Virus record (IMG/VR): IMGVR_UViG_3300049893_001743
Coordinates: 1-54,153 of that record
DNA length: 54,153 nt
Direction: 5' to 3' (one strand)
From: a virus
Taxonomy: Duplodnaviria; Caudoviricetes
The position numbers and the translations under genes were made by a program. Positions 1-8,432 of the stretch are shown one piece after another (positions within the stretch are counted from its first letter, which is position 1; each line of letters starts with the position of its first letter). The notes under the pieces were generated by a model that saw only the letters and a program-made list of their open reading frames with translations, did no database searches and was not told where the DNA came from.

Positions 1-89
1 ATATAATTATCTTATCTTCTCCGGTTCCATAATCCAACAGGTGCCGGCCCCAGGGGGGTCATGCGGCCCATGTCGTGCATGCGTGGAAT

Positions 90-176
90 TTATAAACATA
101 CCAAGCGGTATGTTAATGAAAGCGGCATCCGATATCGTGCATCGAGGCGGCGATTATAAACATACCAAACGGTATG
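90..176. repeat. Two 23-bp direct repeats, each containing a CATACC-N4-GGTATG palindrome
   Basis: TTATAAACATACCAAGCGGTATG (90-112) and TTATAAACATACCAAACGGTATG (154-176), one mismatch; TCGTGCAT lies upstream of both. Confidence 0.85.
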
Positions 177-335
177 GGAATAAATTTCGTGTGAAAAAAT
201 GGATGAAAATTTGCGTGAGTGTGTGATGTATCCCCTCACCCCCTTTCAGCCTATCTTACCTATATATAAGGCCGCTATGAGGCAGACCCAATTTTATGGG
301 CCGGATCCATGGCGAAACTATTTTAGTGCGTAGGC

Positions 336-364
336 TTGACAATAAGGTGTGTTTGTGGTAGTCT
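336..364 (+). promoter_or_regulatory. Sigma70-type early promoter
   Basis: TTGACA (336-341), 17-nt spacer, TG-extended TAGTCT (359-364); AAGGAGG SD before ATG 429. Confidence 0.75.
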
Positions 365-428
365 TGACATAGATGGATGGGGGACAAGTTTGGGTTAAAC
401 ACTAACACAACAAAGGAGGCTATTAGCC

Positions 429-818
429 ATGTATATATCAGTCAAAGAGTGGGCAAGGAATGTGTTGAATAGGGCAGGAATAGAGTACGAATACGGAGAA
501 GATGGTTTTACTAAGATGCTCAATACCTATCTCACAATCAGGCGGTTAGCTAAGAAACATCACAGGTTAGCGGAGTATTCATGTAATGGTGAGGGCGTGG
601 TAGGAGGTAGATTCTGGAGATTAGACAATCCTAGCGCGTTCTCATTGGACAAGGATGGGTGCGAAGTTGATGTGTTTGACATTGAGAGTGAGCGTATAGA
701 GGCGAAGATAAAGGCGCTGTGCGACAAGGTGGGCTTTAGGGTGGAGTTTCAAGGAGATCCTAGGGGTAATACGGTTAAGCTGTCTTACAATGGGAAGTTT
801 GTATCAATTAACGCTTAA
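429..818 (+). CDS. Hypothetical early protein
   Basis: 129-aa ORF with strong SD AAGGAGG, first gene after the promoter. Confidence 0.8.
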   Translation: MYISVKEWARNVLNRAGIEYEYGEDGFTKMLNTYLTIRRLAKKHHRLAEYSCNGEGVVGGRFWRLDNPSAFSLDKDGCEVDVFDIESERIEAKIKALCDKVGFRVEFQGDPRGNTVKLSYNGKFVSINA

Positions 819-837
819 TAATAGGGAGGGGATTAAT

Positions 838-993
838 ATGCTAAAGATAACTAAGAAGTTCTTAGAAGGAAATCTTGAAGGAGAAACATATACATTTAAA
901 ACTTATCAGCCGTTTGAATTAGGCAAGATATACAGCGATTGTATTACTGGTAAAAAATATGAAATTGTCGCCGTTGAAAGGATAACTGATTAA
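838..993 (+). CDS. Hypothetical protein (start moved to MLKITKK)
   Basis: GGGAGG SD upstream of ATG 838; stop overlaps next start (TAATG). Confidence 0.65.
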   Translation: MLKITKKFLEGNLEGETYTFKTYQPFELGKIYSDCITGKKYEIVAVERITD

Positions 994-1259
994 TGAATAC
1001 TTACCCTGCCTTCCCAGTATTGCCTAATGGAAATAATAACGTAGATAACTATGGATTCAAGATCTTTGCATATCCTGGTATGACCTTGCTTGATTGGTTC
1101 GCAGGTAAAGCTTTGCAAGGTCTATTATCTGCGCCTAGCGACACAATAAGCCAAGATAGCGGACCTAATGCTAGAGCTAACCCAGCTAAGGCGTCAGAAT
1201 GGGCTTATCAGCAAGCGGAAGCCATGTTGAAATATCGGGAGAATATTAAATGGACATAA
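993..1259 (+). CDS. Conserved phage hypothetical protein (GMTLRDYFA-type motif)
   Basis: PAFP...GMTLLDWFAGKALQGLLS motif, common in phage early regions. Confidence 0.75.
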   Translation: MNTYPAFPVLPNGNNNVDNYGFKIFAYPGMTLLDWFAGKALQGLLSAPSDTISQDSGPNARANPAKASEWAYQQAEAMLKYRENIKWT

Positions 1260-1711
1260 TGAAAATCTTACTACTAATAGCCCTACTCATGGGAGGGATA
1301 GAGGGAAGCGCATGTGCTAGTGAGGTTCTGATTGGGGATGCTGAGATAGTGCTTCAGACATTGGCTATGGAGTCCGCAAGCCATCCAGAGGGTATGCCGT
1401 ATGTAGCATTAACGCTCTACAATAGGGCTCTAATGCGTAATACGAGTATGTCTGAGGAGGCACTTAGAGCTAAACAGTATAGTTGCTGGAATAGCCAGAA
1501 ATGGGCTTATTCCTGGCTTTCTAGGCACTATACAGCATCAGTACAGGCTCAGGCGGTATCAAGCCTAGCCTTGGGGCTGGAAATGGCTAGAAATGGCATG
1601 TATAAGGGCATGAGACACTATCACACGATCAATACTAGCCCATATTGGGCGAAGGGGCATACGCCAGCTCTGATACTTGGCGGGCATAAGTGGTATGAGG
1701 GGATAAAATGA
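1250..1711 (+). CDS. SleB/CwlJ-like cell wall hydrolase (Hydrolase_2) with N-terminal hydrophobic segment
   Basis: LAMES (catalytic Glu), VALTLYNR, QYSCWN, HYH..SPYW, LGGHKWY motifs. Confidence 0.8.
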   Translation: MDIMKILLLIALLMGGIEGSACASEVLIGDAEIVLQTLAMESASHPEGMPYVALTLYNRALMRNTSMSEEALRAKQYSCWNSQKWAYSWLSRHYTASVQAQAVSSLALGLEMARNGMYKGMRHYHTINTSPYWAKGHTPALILGGHKWYEGIK

Positions 1712-1968
1712 GCGAACTAACAAAAGTAATTATATTTGAGCTAAAGAATAAACTTAGAAAGGCCACCCATTGCACTATTCAACATGATGGGTGGACGTGT
1801 GCAACGTGTTTTTTTAATCTCAGTAAATCACTAAATAACAAAGACTGGCAAGCCGTGTTATTGACCCGTGGAGATTACAAAAAAAGCGAACTGGATAATC
1901 TACCAAAGGACATTGAAGTATCAATAGAAAAGATACTTAAAATAATAAAGGGGATGAAGCAGATATGA
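1708..1968 (+). CDS. Hypothetical protein
   Basis: 86-aa ORF, ATGA overlap with upstream gene. Confidence 0.7.
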   Translation: MSELTKVIIFELKNKLRKATHCTIQHDGWTCATCFFNLSKSLNNKDWQAVLLTRGDYKKSELDNLPKDIEVSIEKILKIIKGMKQI

Positions 1969-2159
1969 GTGAACCATATGAGCCATGGCCAAGCGGGCCA
2001 TTCAGATGCCCATACTGTAAGGCAGAAGGGCAAGAAGCGGAGGATCTAGGGGATCATCCGGCATACCTAAGCGGGACTTGTGAAGAGTGTGGCAAGGACT
2101 TCTCGGTTAATACGTATCTGATGGAGTTCTATGATAATAAGGGGGATGTAATCAAGTGA
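1965..2159 (+). CDS. Zn-ribbon protein
   Basis: CPYC...CEEC; ATGA overlap. Confidence 0.7.
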   Translation: MSEPYEPWPSGPFRCPYCKAEGQEAEDLGDHPAYLSGTCEECGKDFSVNTYLMEFYDNKGDVIK

Positions 2160-2311
2160 GCGCCTACTATGTGCCTCGCTACAAATGGGAGCTTGTGGCG
2201 TGGCTTAGTCAGAACGGCATCAGAATGCCGAGCAAGGCTCCTAAGAGGCAGTTGTATGCGATCTATCACAGGATAATGAATGAGAGGATAAGCCATGGAT
2301 CAATTAGGTAG
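2156..2311 (+). CDS. Small hypothetical protein (51 aa, not in ORF track)
   Basis: GTGA overlap; translates MSAYYVPRYKWELVAWLSQ...; fills the gap in the operon. Confidence 0.6.
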   Translation: MSAYYVPRYKWELVAWLSQNGIRMPSKAPKRQLYAIYHRIMNERISHGSIR

Positions 2312-2552
2312 TGCCCAATGGGACTATGACAACATGGAGCCAAAGGACAGGCGCTCTGAGGGCGTCATAGAGTACCAGGATAGATCTACTCCCACGGAGC
2401 AGAAAGAGATATGCCTGGATTACCTGGAGCAGAAGAACCTCATGGCGGACTTTGAGGCCTGGTGGGACGAGCTAAGCGTCAAGGGCGCTTGGCTCGATGA
2501 TGTTGTGGCGTACTGTGAGGAAAGGGTGGACTTCTGGGACTGGCTGGAATAA
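2295..2552 (+). CDS. Acidic hypothetical protein
   Basis: 85-aa ORF, GAGG SD, rich in D/E/W. Confidence 0.7.
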   Translation: MDQLGSAQWDYDNMEPKDRRSEGVIEYQDRSTPTEQKEICLDYLEQKNLMADFEAWWDELSVKGAWLDDVVAYCEERVDFWDWLE

Positions 2553-2563
2553 CGGGGGAACAT

Positions 2564-3292
2564 ATGAGTAAATTATTATCAGATTATCTTTACTACCATG
2601 AGCCGGGACCACCAGATCTTAAGATTTACCACGGGAATTGTTTGGAGATTATGCCTCTACTCGACAAGGTGGACTTGGTGGTTATTGACCCGCCGTATGA
2701 GTTATCTGATTCAGGGCCAGGTAAATCCCATTGCAGGATGAGCCTCAATAAGTTTGACTCGGAATCTTACAAAGAAATAGTTACCGGATTTAATCACCAA
2801 AAAACATTTGGAATGATCGAATCTATTTGTAAGCCAATGCATCTATTCTGCTTCTGCTCTAACAAGCAAATATCAAAATTCATGCTTTATGGAGAATTAA
2901 AAGATTACCCGACAACTCTCCTTATTTGGAATAAAACAAATTCAGCCCCATTTGCGAACGGTGTTTGGCGTGGGGATGCTGAGTATTGCGTTCATATCAG
3001 AAAGCGTGGTGCTTATTTTGAGGGAAACGCAGAACTAAAAAGAAAGGTGATTCAACATCCAATAGTTTCAGACCAAGCACATCCAACAGAAAAACCTATT
3101 TTAATAATAAAGAAATATATTGAGATTGGTTCTTCTGAGAATATGACTATCCTCGACCCCTTCCTCGGCTCCGGCACAACCCTAGTCGCTTGTAAGGAAC
3201 TCAAGAGGAACGGTATTGGCATAGAGATTAACGAGAAGTATTGCGAGATAGCTAAAAAGCGTTTACAGAACACCCAAGTCCCATTCATTTAA
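2564..3292 (+). CDS. N6-adenine/N4-cytosine DNA methyltransferase, beta class
   Basis: DPPY motif IV precedes HPTEKP and DPFLGSGTT motif I. Confidence 0.92.
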   Translation: MSKLLSDYLYYHEPGPPDLKIYHGNCLEIMPLLDKVDLVVIDPPYELSDSGPGKSHCRMSLNKFDSESYKEIVTGFNHQKTFGMIESICKPMHLFCFCSNKQISKFMLYGELKDYPTTLLIWNKTNSAPFANGVWRGDAEYCVHIRKRGAYFEGNAELKRKVIQHPIVSDQAHPTEKPILIIKKYIEIGSSENMTILDPFLGSGTTLVACKELKRNGIGIEINEKYCEIAKKRLQNTQVPFI

Positions 3293-3313
3293 ACAGAGGA
3301 GGAGTAATAATCT

Positions 3314-3484
3314 ATGAATAGCATCAATGAGCTAAAGGTCTACGGACGGGCAGAGAAGATCAAGGGGATCCTTGAGTACATGTTGGATAGCGGCAAGAAG
3401 ATACCCTCTAAACAGCTATTAGAGGCCCATAGGAAGCTCGGAGAGGCCTTATACGCCCTCCAGGGTGAGCGGAGGGATAGATAG
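3314..3484 (+). CDS. Small hypothetical protein (56 aa, not in ORF track)
   Basis: GGAGGAG SD; MNSINELKVYGRAEKIKG... Confidence 0.65.
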   Translation: MNSINELKVYGRAEKIKGILEYMLDSGKKIPSKQLLEAHRKLGEALYALQGERRDR

Positions 3485-3523
3485 CTCTAATAGGCCTTAA
3501 AACGAATTTAAACAGGGGTTCTC

Positions 3524-3733
3524 ATGTCACCTAAGATAATCATGGATCAATTCAAGGATATTCAGCTATCTAGGCAAAGACGCCACCAGTTGAGGAAGCA
3601 ATTAGCCGGCTACTGTGCCAAGTGTATCAAGCCCAGGGTAGGATCAAAGTACTGTGAGTACCACATGTATCAGGAAGCCAAGTACCAACAGATTAGGCGG
3701 TATCGTAGGAAGAATGAGTTATCAAGCTCATGA
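3524..3733 (+). CDS. Basic Zn-binding hypothetical protein
   Basis: CAKC...CEYH motif, R/K rich. Confidence 0.7.
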   Translation: MSPKIIMDQFKDIQLSRQRRHQLRKQLAGYCAKCIKPRVGSKYCEYHMYQEAKYQQIRRYRRKNELSSS

Positions 3734-3907
3734 CCTCAAGTTCCTCAAATACCATCAGTACCAAAGGCATGGAAACTCGTTTGGTACTTGGCCCACGAAT
3801 AAGCGAGCTTTGGGGGGCTGAAAGCGCCCCCATAGCTTATTCTGGCCAAGTTGTCAAATACCAAGCTATATATATTAGTGTACTTGAGGTATTTGAGGTA
3901 TTTGAGG
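3734..3907. repeat. Putative replication origin: inverted arrays of 9-bp iterons flanking a long hairpin and an AT tract
   Basis: CCTCAAGTT-CCTCAAATA-CCATCAGTA (3734-3760) versus TACTTGAGG-TATTTGAGG-TATTTGAGG (3881-3907); imperfect palindrome ~3780-3858; CTATATATATTAG 3866-3878; directly 3' of the helicase gene. Confidence 0.6.
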
Positions 3908-3919
3908 ATTTTAATAGAC

Positions 3920-4873
3920 TTAATACAGAGATACTAGACTATACTTGCCTTCAGGGGTAATCTTGATTATTTTGGTACTTGAGAGCATATTTTTGATATC
4001 GAATGCCTTTTGCCTGTTATGAGACAAAAGCTCTCCGTTTGCCGCCGTCATTGCGGCTATGAATTCATTCATTGGGACCTTTGATCCATTCTTACTTGAA
4101 AGATAGTTTTCGGCCCATTCGCCTATGATGGTAACAGGATTATGCCAGTCGAATGACTTTGTGTCCTTGTTATACTTAATAACACGCTTTATAGCCTCAT
4201 CAGAATTACGAGTCTCAATGGCTAGTTCACGGTATTCTGTAGGTGTACGTCCTTCCATAGCTATGGTAGTAGAAGCCCATCCACGCATAGAGGTTGACCC
4301 ACGAATCATATCAAGTAATGAGGTTTTTTGCTTTGGGTCTCCCTGCTTCTTAAAGTGTTGAGCCATGATGACTGAAAAATTGAAGCGATCCTTTAGTATG
4401 TCTATCTCTCGGAAGAAATTAGCCATCTCGGTAGCGTTGTTTTCATTATACTTATGAAAGTTAATCATAGGGTCTATTTCAAGGACATCTGGCTTGAACT
4501 CATCACATTCTTGGGCTATAAGATTTGAATCACGTCCAAATATGACTTGGTTCTTTGTTGCCCATGTGCGTGAGTTACGCAAAAACTCCTCTTTCATCCC
4601 TGTATATGTAGGTGCAAGACGTTCTTTTAGACGAGCCTCACGCAATTCGGCCTGCAAGGATAATACCTTAAGTGGACGAACAACCTTGTATCCTAAAAAG
4701 TTACCGCCAGTTAGCAAGGCTCTTCGGATGTCATTTAGAAGAGTTGTTTTTCCTCCCTTTGACTCACACCCAACGAGCATTGTATCCCCACGAGAAAGCA
4801 TACCGCCTTCTATGAAGATTTCTTCAGGCCATTCTGTGTTAAGAAGTTCGTAATAAGATATGGAGTGAGACAT
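3920..4873 (-). CDS. RecA-fold RepA/AAA_25 family helicase/replication protein
   Basis: Walker A CESKGGKT, Walker B VLEIDP, HFKK..IRGST motif; no primase domain. Confidence 0.85.
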   Translation of the reverse strand: MSHSISYYELLNTEWPEEIFIEGGMLSRGDTMLVGCESKGGKTTLLNDIRRALLTGGNFLGYKVVRPLKVLSLQAELREARLKERLAPTYTGMKEEFLRNSRTWATKNQVIFGRDSNLIAQECDEFKPDVLEIDPMINFHKYNENNATEMANFFREIDILKDRFNFSVIMAQHFKKQGDPKQKTSLLDMIRGSTSMRGWASTTIAMEGRTPTEYRELAIETRNSDEAIKRVIKYNKDTKSFDWHNPVTIIGEWAENYLSSKNGSKVPMNEFIAAMTAANGELLSHNRQKAFDIKNMLSSTKIIKITPEGKYSLVSLY

Positions 4874-4884
4874 ATTGTTTGGCT

Positions 4885-4913
4885 ATATTAAAGGATGCGA
4901 ATTATCTTGTCAA
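4885..4913 (-). promoter_or_regulatory. Sigma70-type promoter for the helicase
   Basis: Minus-strand TTGACA (4913-4908), 17 nt, TAATAT (4890-4885); ATG at 4873 with no SD. Confidence 0.65.
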
Positions 4914-4954
4914 TGATATTCTTAAATTATTTATTGGACGGATAGAAAAAGTAT

Positions 4955-4983
4955 TTGACAAAGGTATATTAAAGAGGCATAAT
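4955..4983 (+). promoter_or_regulatory. Sigma70-type promoter for the HTH/recombination operon
   Basis: TTGACA (4955-4960), 17 nt, CATAAT (4978-4983), followed by AAGGAG SD. Confidence 0.75.
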
Positions 4984-5007
4984 AGTGGCATATTTAAGGA
5001 GAGCAAT

Positions 5008-5205
5008 TTGATTATTGCAACTAATGATTTGAAAAAATATCTTTCACTGTTTGCGACTCAAAAAGATGCTTGTGATCATCTTGAGATGGATGCCGCAACT
5101 CTATCAAAGATGGCTAATGGGCATGATGTGTCATCCTCTACCATTGCAAAGGTTTTGGAGAAAACGGGTTTTGACTTTGAGAAAGCATTTGAGGTGAAGG
5201 AATGA
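5008..5205 (+). CDS. Cro/XRE-like HTH regulator (TTG start, 65 aa)
   Basis: TQKDACDHLEMDAATLSKMANG helix-turn-helix pattern; AAGGAG SD before TTG 5008. Confidence 0.75.
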   Translation: MIIATNDLKKYLSLFATQKDACDHLEMDAATLSKMANGHDVSSSTIAKVLEKTGFDFEKAFEVKE

Positions 5206-5381
5206 TTCACCATTACCTGCGTTGTCCTCATTGCGAGAGTAAGTGGTTATTCAGCTACGATATTCCGTCTATGATATTCAACTTTTGGCGTGTGATGGCT
5301 GAGAAGGCGTATGTGGAGATGGAGTTTGCGAACCATCAGGTGGACTGTATTTTGGCGGAGGTAGAACATGAACACGTATGA
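5202..5381 (+). CDS. Small Zn-ribbon-like protein (59 aa, not in ORF track)
   Basis: ATGA overlap; MIHHYLRCPHCESKW... Confidence 0.55.
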   Translation: MIHHYLRCPHCESKWLFSYDIPSMIFNFWRVMAEKAYVEMEFANHQVDCILAEVEHEHV

Positions 5382-5513
5382 GGCGTTATTACAGAAGGCA
5401 AATGATGTGCTTGTAGAGCTTGGTATGTGTGAGGAAGGTCAAAGATTGCCTAAGATAGAGGCTATGTTCGTGGATGGGTTTTTGCAAGTTCAGAGGGAGA
5501 GAGAGTACGCTCT

Positions 5514-6368
5514 GTGAATCAAATTAAGTTCGATAACTCAAGTCTGCAGGCGTTCAAGGATTGTCCAGAGAGGTATCGCCTAAAGTATGTCCTTGGCCTT
5601 AAGAAGCGTGAGGAAGGTATCGAGAATCATGATATCAACTTCGGTAAGGCTATCCATAAAGGACTTGAGGCACATTATAAAGGTAAGGATTACAGGGAAG
5701 CTTTCACGTCTGAGTATGGTATTCAGTTGGATATCGAGGACAAGGCCAAGACATACGAGCATGGTCTACTTCTATTAGATAAGTACATAGAGTTCTATAA
5801 TGAACAGGATAAGCTGTTTGAGATCCTGGAAGTAGAGCAACCTGACCTAATAAAGGTAGGCGAGTTCGACTTTATCGTGAAGCGTGACATGGTCATAAAG
5901 CAACAGGGATGTATCTATGTCCTTGAGCATAAGACTACAAAGAAGTCGCTTAACTCGTGGGATTACTGGGGTCAATTTGAGCCAAATAGTCAGGTTACCG
6001 CACAGACGTACTCGTGCATGAAGAAGTACGGAGAATGCAGTGGGGTCATAATCAATGCCATGCAGGTGGGATTTAGGGAGAGAGCCTACAAGGGTGAGCC
6101 GGCGGGGTTCCACTGCTCGTTTCAGAGACAGATGTTCAATAGAACCAAGGAGCAGTGTGGGGACTGGTACGAGCAACACATAGAGTGGTTAGAGAGGCTA
6201 CGAGATAACAAGGAATTTGTTCCTAACTCTACCTGGCTCAAAAATGAGGGTCAATGCAGATATTGTAATATGAAAGAGATCTGTAACTCGCTTGCTGACG
6301 AGCAGATAATCGAGCAACTCTATGAGCGGCTTGATAATCCATTCAGCTATCTGGAGACAGAGGTATGA
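5514..6368 (+). CDS. PD-(D/E)XK Cas4/RecB-like exonuclease
   Basis: SSL..FKDCP, FGKAIHKGLE, D..EHKTT, Q..Y, C-terminal CRYC..KEIC (four Fe-S cysteines). Confidence 0.85.
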   Translation: MNQIKFDNSSLQAFKDCPERYRLKYVLGLKKREEGIENHDINFGKAIHKGLEAHYKGKDYREAFTSEYGIQLDIEDKAKTYEHGLLLLDKYIEFYNEQDKLFEILEVEQPDLIKVGEFDFIVKRDMVIKQQGCIYVLEHKTTKKSLNSWDYWGQFEPNSQVTAQTYSCMKKYGECSGVIINAMQVGFRERAYKGEPAGFHCSFQRQMFNRTKEQCGDWYEQHIEWLERLRDNKEFVPNSTWLKNEGQCRYCNMKEICNSLADEQIIEQLYERLDNPFSYLETEV

Positions 6369-7138
6369 GGTATACCGTAGACGAACTACAGAAGCCTGAC
6401 GTGCGTACATTCGTCAAGTTTCTAGTAAACGGTGGGCCTGGAACAGGGAAGAGCTATCACGGATTGACCTATCCTAAGGTTGCGTGGCTTGTGAACGAAC
6501 CTGGATGGAGAGCCTTGATCGAGTCTAATCCTGAACTTAAGGCTAACCTGGCTTGGGTGGAGGAGTTTATTCCAAGCCCGAATGAGGACGTAAAGTCTGT
6601 GATGACTCGCTTAGATACTGCTATTAAGCAGGCCCATGCGGACTTCAAGGAAGGTAAGGTCGATACGCTGTTCTTTGATAATATCTCGTTCCATGCAGAG
6701 AATCGGTGGCTCTATATCAATCAGTTCGAGCCAGTGAGAGCTATGAATGGGGCGTTAGATACGAGAGGAATGTATGGCGTATTAAGTAGGTATCTATATA
6801 AGTTTACTTATATGGATATATTGAGCTTCCCAGGAAATGTCGTGGTGTCGTGCCATGAACAGACCGAGGATGAGTCTGCTATGCAGAATAAGATAGATAA
6901 GAGTATGACCGTGGCTCCTGCCATCCTTGGAGGTTTCAGGGATAAGATCGCAGGGATGTTCACGGCATCTGTCTATCTTGAGAAGCGTAGGAAGGCAGAG
7001 AACACGTACGAGTACTGGGCAAGATGTCAGAAGGGGTCAAATAGGGATGCGAAGAATAGGTGCGGTTTACCTGAGCTTATTCAGAATGTGTCCTATAAGA
7101 CCATCATGGAGTACGTAACCAAACACAAGGTGAAATAG
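6365..7138 (+). CDS. AAA_24/Sak4-like ATPase (single-strand annealing protein)
   Basis: GGPGTGKS Walker A, LFFDN Walker B, VVSCHE, AKNR motif; lies between nuclease and SSB-like gene. Confidence 0.8.
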   Translation: MRYTVDELQKPDVRTFVKFLVNGGPGTGKSYHGLTYPKVAWLVNEPGWRALIESNPELKANLAWVEEFIPSPNEDVKSVMTRLDTAIKQAHADFKEGKVDTLFFDNISFHAENRWLYINQFEPVRAMNGALDTRGMYGVLSRYLYKFTYMDILSFPGNVVVSCHEQTEDESAMQNKIDKSMTVAPAILGGFRDKIAGMFTASVYLEKRRKAENTYEYWARCQKGSNRDAKNRCGLPELIQNVSYKTIMEYVTKHKVK

Positions 7139-7143
7139 GAGGA

Positions 7144-7725
7144 GTGGAGATGTTTGATGTCAATGACCAGATAGATGTGGTGGATCTAACAGACGTTAAG
7201 AAGGAGAGTATGGTGCTTCCTCCTTCCAAGAACGTCAAGGTGCGTATCGTCAAAACGGAGAAGTCTCCGAGGGTATTGACGAACGAGAACACCGAGAAGG
7301 GCAAGAAGGGGGACATTAAGTCTCTTGGATTATCCCTTGAGATAGCGGATGGAATTCCGACCACGAACGTTGAGACGGGAGAGGAGACGTTGAAGTTCAA
7401 GGGCATGAAGCTAAACACTGGCATCATGGACCTGATCGTGTGGGCAGACCTGGAAGTGTCCAACAAGAAGGGTGTCAAGAGATTAGACAATAAATGGTGG
7501 AAGAATAAGCAACATCTCGTAGGACTGAAACAGTTCTGCGTAGCGTTGGATATTCCTCTGGCAGGCCTTAAGGTCACGGATGCGTTCCTATCCGAGCTTA
7601 TCGGAAGGGAGCTTCTGATCGATATCGGGCAAGAAGAGGAAACGGTTGAGAACCCTCAAACGGGTGAGTACGTCAAGACTGGTACGATGAAGAATCGCAT
7701 CCAGGCGTTTAAGAAAGTCTCGTAA
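7144..7725 (+). CDS. DUF669-like single-stranded DNA-binding protein
   Basis: Position after Sak4-like gene; LKQFCVALDI..LIGREL..I..E..KNRI pattern. Confidence 0.6.
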   Translation: MEMFDVNDQIDVVDLTDVKKESMVLPPSKNVKVRIVKTEKSPRVLTNENTEKGKKGDIKSLGLSLEIADGIPTTNVETGEETLKFKGMKLNTGIMDLIVWADLEVSNKKGVKRLDNKWWKNKQHLVGLKQFCVALDIPLAGLKVTDAFLSELIGRELLIDIGQEEETVENPQTGEYVKTGTMKNRIQAFKKVS

Positions 7726-8138
7726 TGGAACAGGCTCAGGTGGTGGAGAAGCCGTATGGGATCGCTTTTAAACTGCCTGAGCCACCTCCATCTGTTAATA
7801 GTTTGTATAACGTCATATTCAGTTTAAAGAAGGTGGAGCTTAAGAACGAGGTCAAGCTGTGGAAGTCCAAGATGAAGTTGTATGTGCCTGTGTGGAGACC
7901 TAAGGTGGTTCCTGATTCACCTTGGATGTATTTTAGGATGGACGTACATATGGATCTATTCCATAAGAACGGTAAAGTAGCCAAGTTTGATGTTATGAAC
8001 ATGGAGAAGGCGTGTATAGATATGGTGTGTGAGAAGATCGGGATAGATGACAAGTTTATATCTGAGTGTCATACGAGGAAGATCCAGTCTGAGAATGAGT
8101 ATGTAATGTGTGAGATAGGATACTTAAGTCATGTCTGA
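7725..8138 (+). CDS. rusA: RusA-like Holliday junction resolvase
   Basis: PPPSVNSLY and DVMNMEK..ID....IDDKFI catalytic motif. Confidence 0.8.
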   Translation: MEQAQVVEKPYGIAFKLPEPPPSVNSLYNVIFSLKKVELKNEVKLWKSKMKLYVPVWRPKVVPDSPWMYFRMDVHMDLFHKNGKVAKFDVMNMEKACIDMVCEKIGIDDKFISECHTRKIQSENEYVMCEIGYLSHV

Positions 8139-8192
8139 GCATGAGGTATACATGAGATTGTATGGGTGGGCGTTGAGGATCAATAAAATTTA

Positions 8193-8313
8193 AACCTTCG
8201 CCGTAAGGCGGGTTGATGGTGGGCTGGTACCCTGACGATGAGGTGGCGTATATCGCTTCGGAGAAACAGCTTTGACTGGAGTATCCTTCGTTGCAGACCA
8301 ACTGCCCATCAAC
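8193..8313 (+). ncRNA. Putative structured RNA with a hammerhead-like core
   Basis: GTAA-loop hairpin 8193-8214; GTTGATGG/CCATCAAC closing stem; CTGACGA (8232-8238), stem, GAAAC (8263-8267). Confidence 0.35.
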
Positions 8314-8354
8314 AAAGATTGTAAGGGAATTGTAAGATTTGTGTGAGGCAAGAA

Positions 8355-8432
8355 TGGTTAGATGGTTGCTGAAACAAGCTGTGCTAGTGCAACCCAGCAT
8401 AGTGCTGAGAAGGTTAGAATCCTTCCTAACCA
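8355..8432 (+). ncRNA. tRNA-like element 1 (78 nt)
   Basis: 7-bp TGGTTAG/CTAACCA stem next to a GAAGG-TTAGAAT-CCTTC T-arm; D and anticodon arms non-canonical. Confidence 0.5.

Noticed and set aside
90-176. Mini-CRISPR array
   Set aside because: Only two repeats, flanking sequence also partly duplicated, no cas operon; the Cas4-like gene is in a recombination context
41-226. 61-aa ORF at the left end
   Set aside because: No SD, lies upstream of the early promoter and runs through palindromic repeats; more likely regulatory DNA
3730-3960. 76-aa ORF with VLEVFEVFE
   Set aside because: The peptide repeat just reflects the 9-bp iterons; overlaps the helicase end on the opposite strand
4879-5007. 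N-terminal extension of the HTH ORF
   Set aside because: Spans both promoters; SD supports the TTG at 5008
8355-8432. Canonical tRNA (possible GCA anticodon)
   Set aside because: No GG-containing D-loop, no 5-bp/7-nt anticodon arm, T-loop TTAGAAT; kept only as tRNA-like
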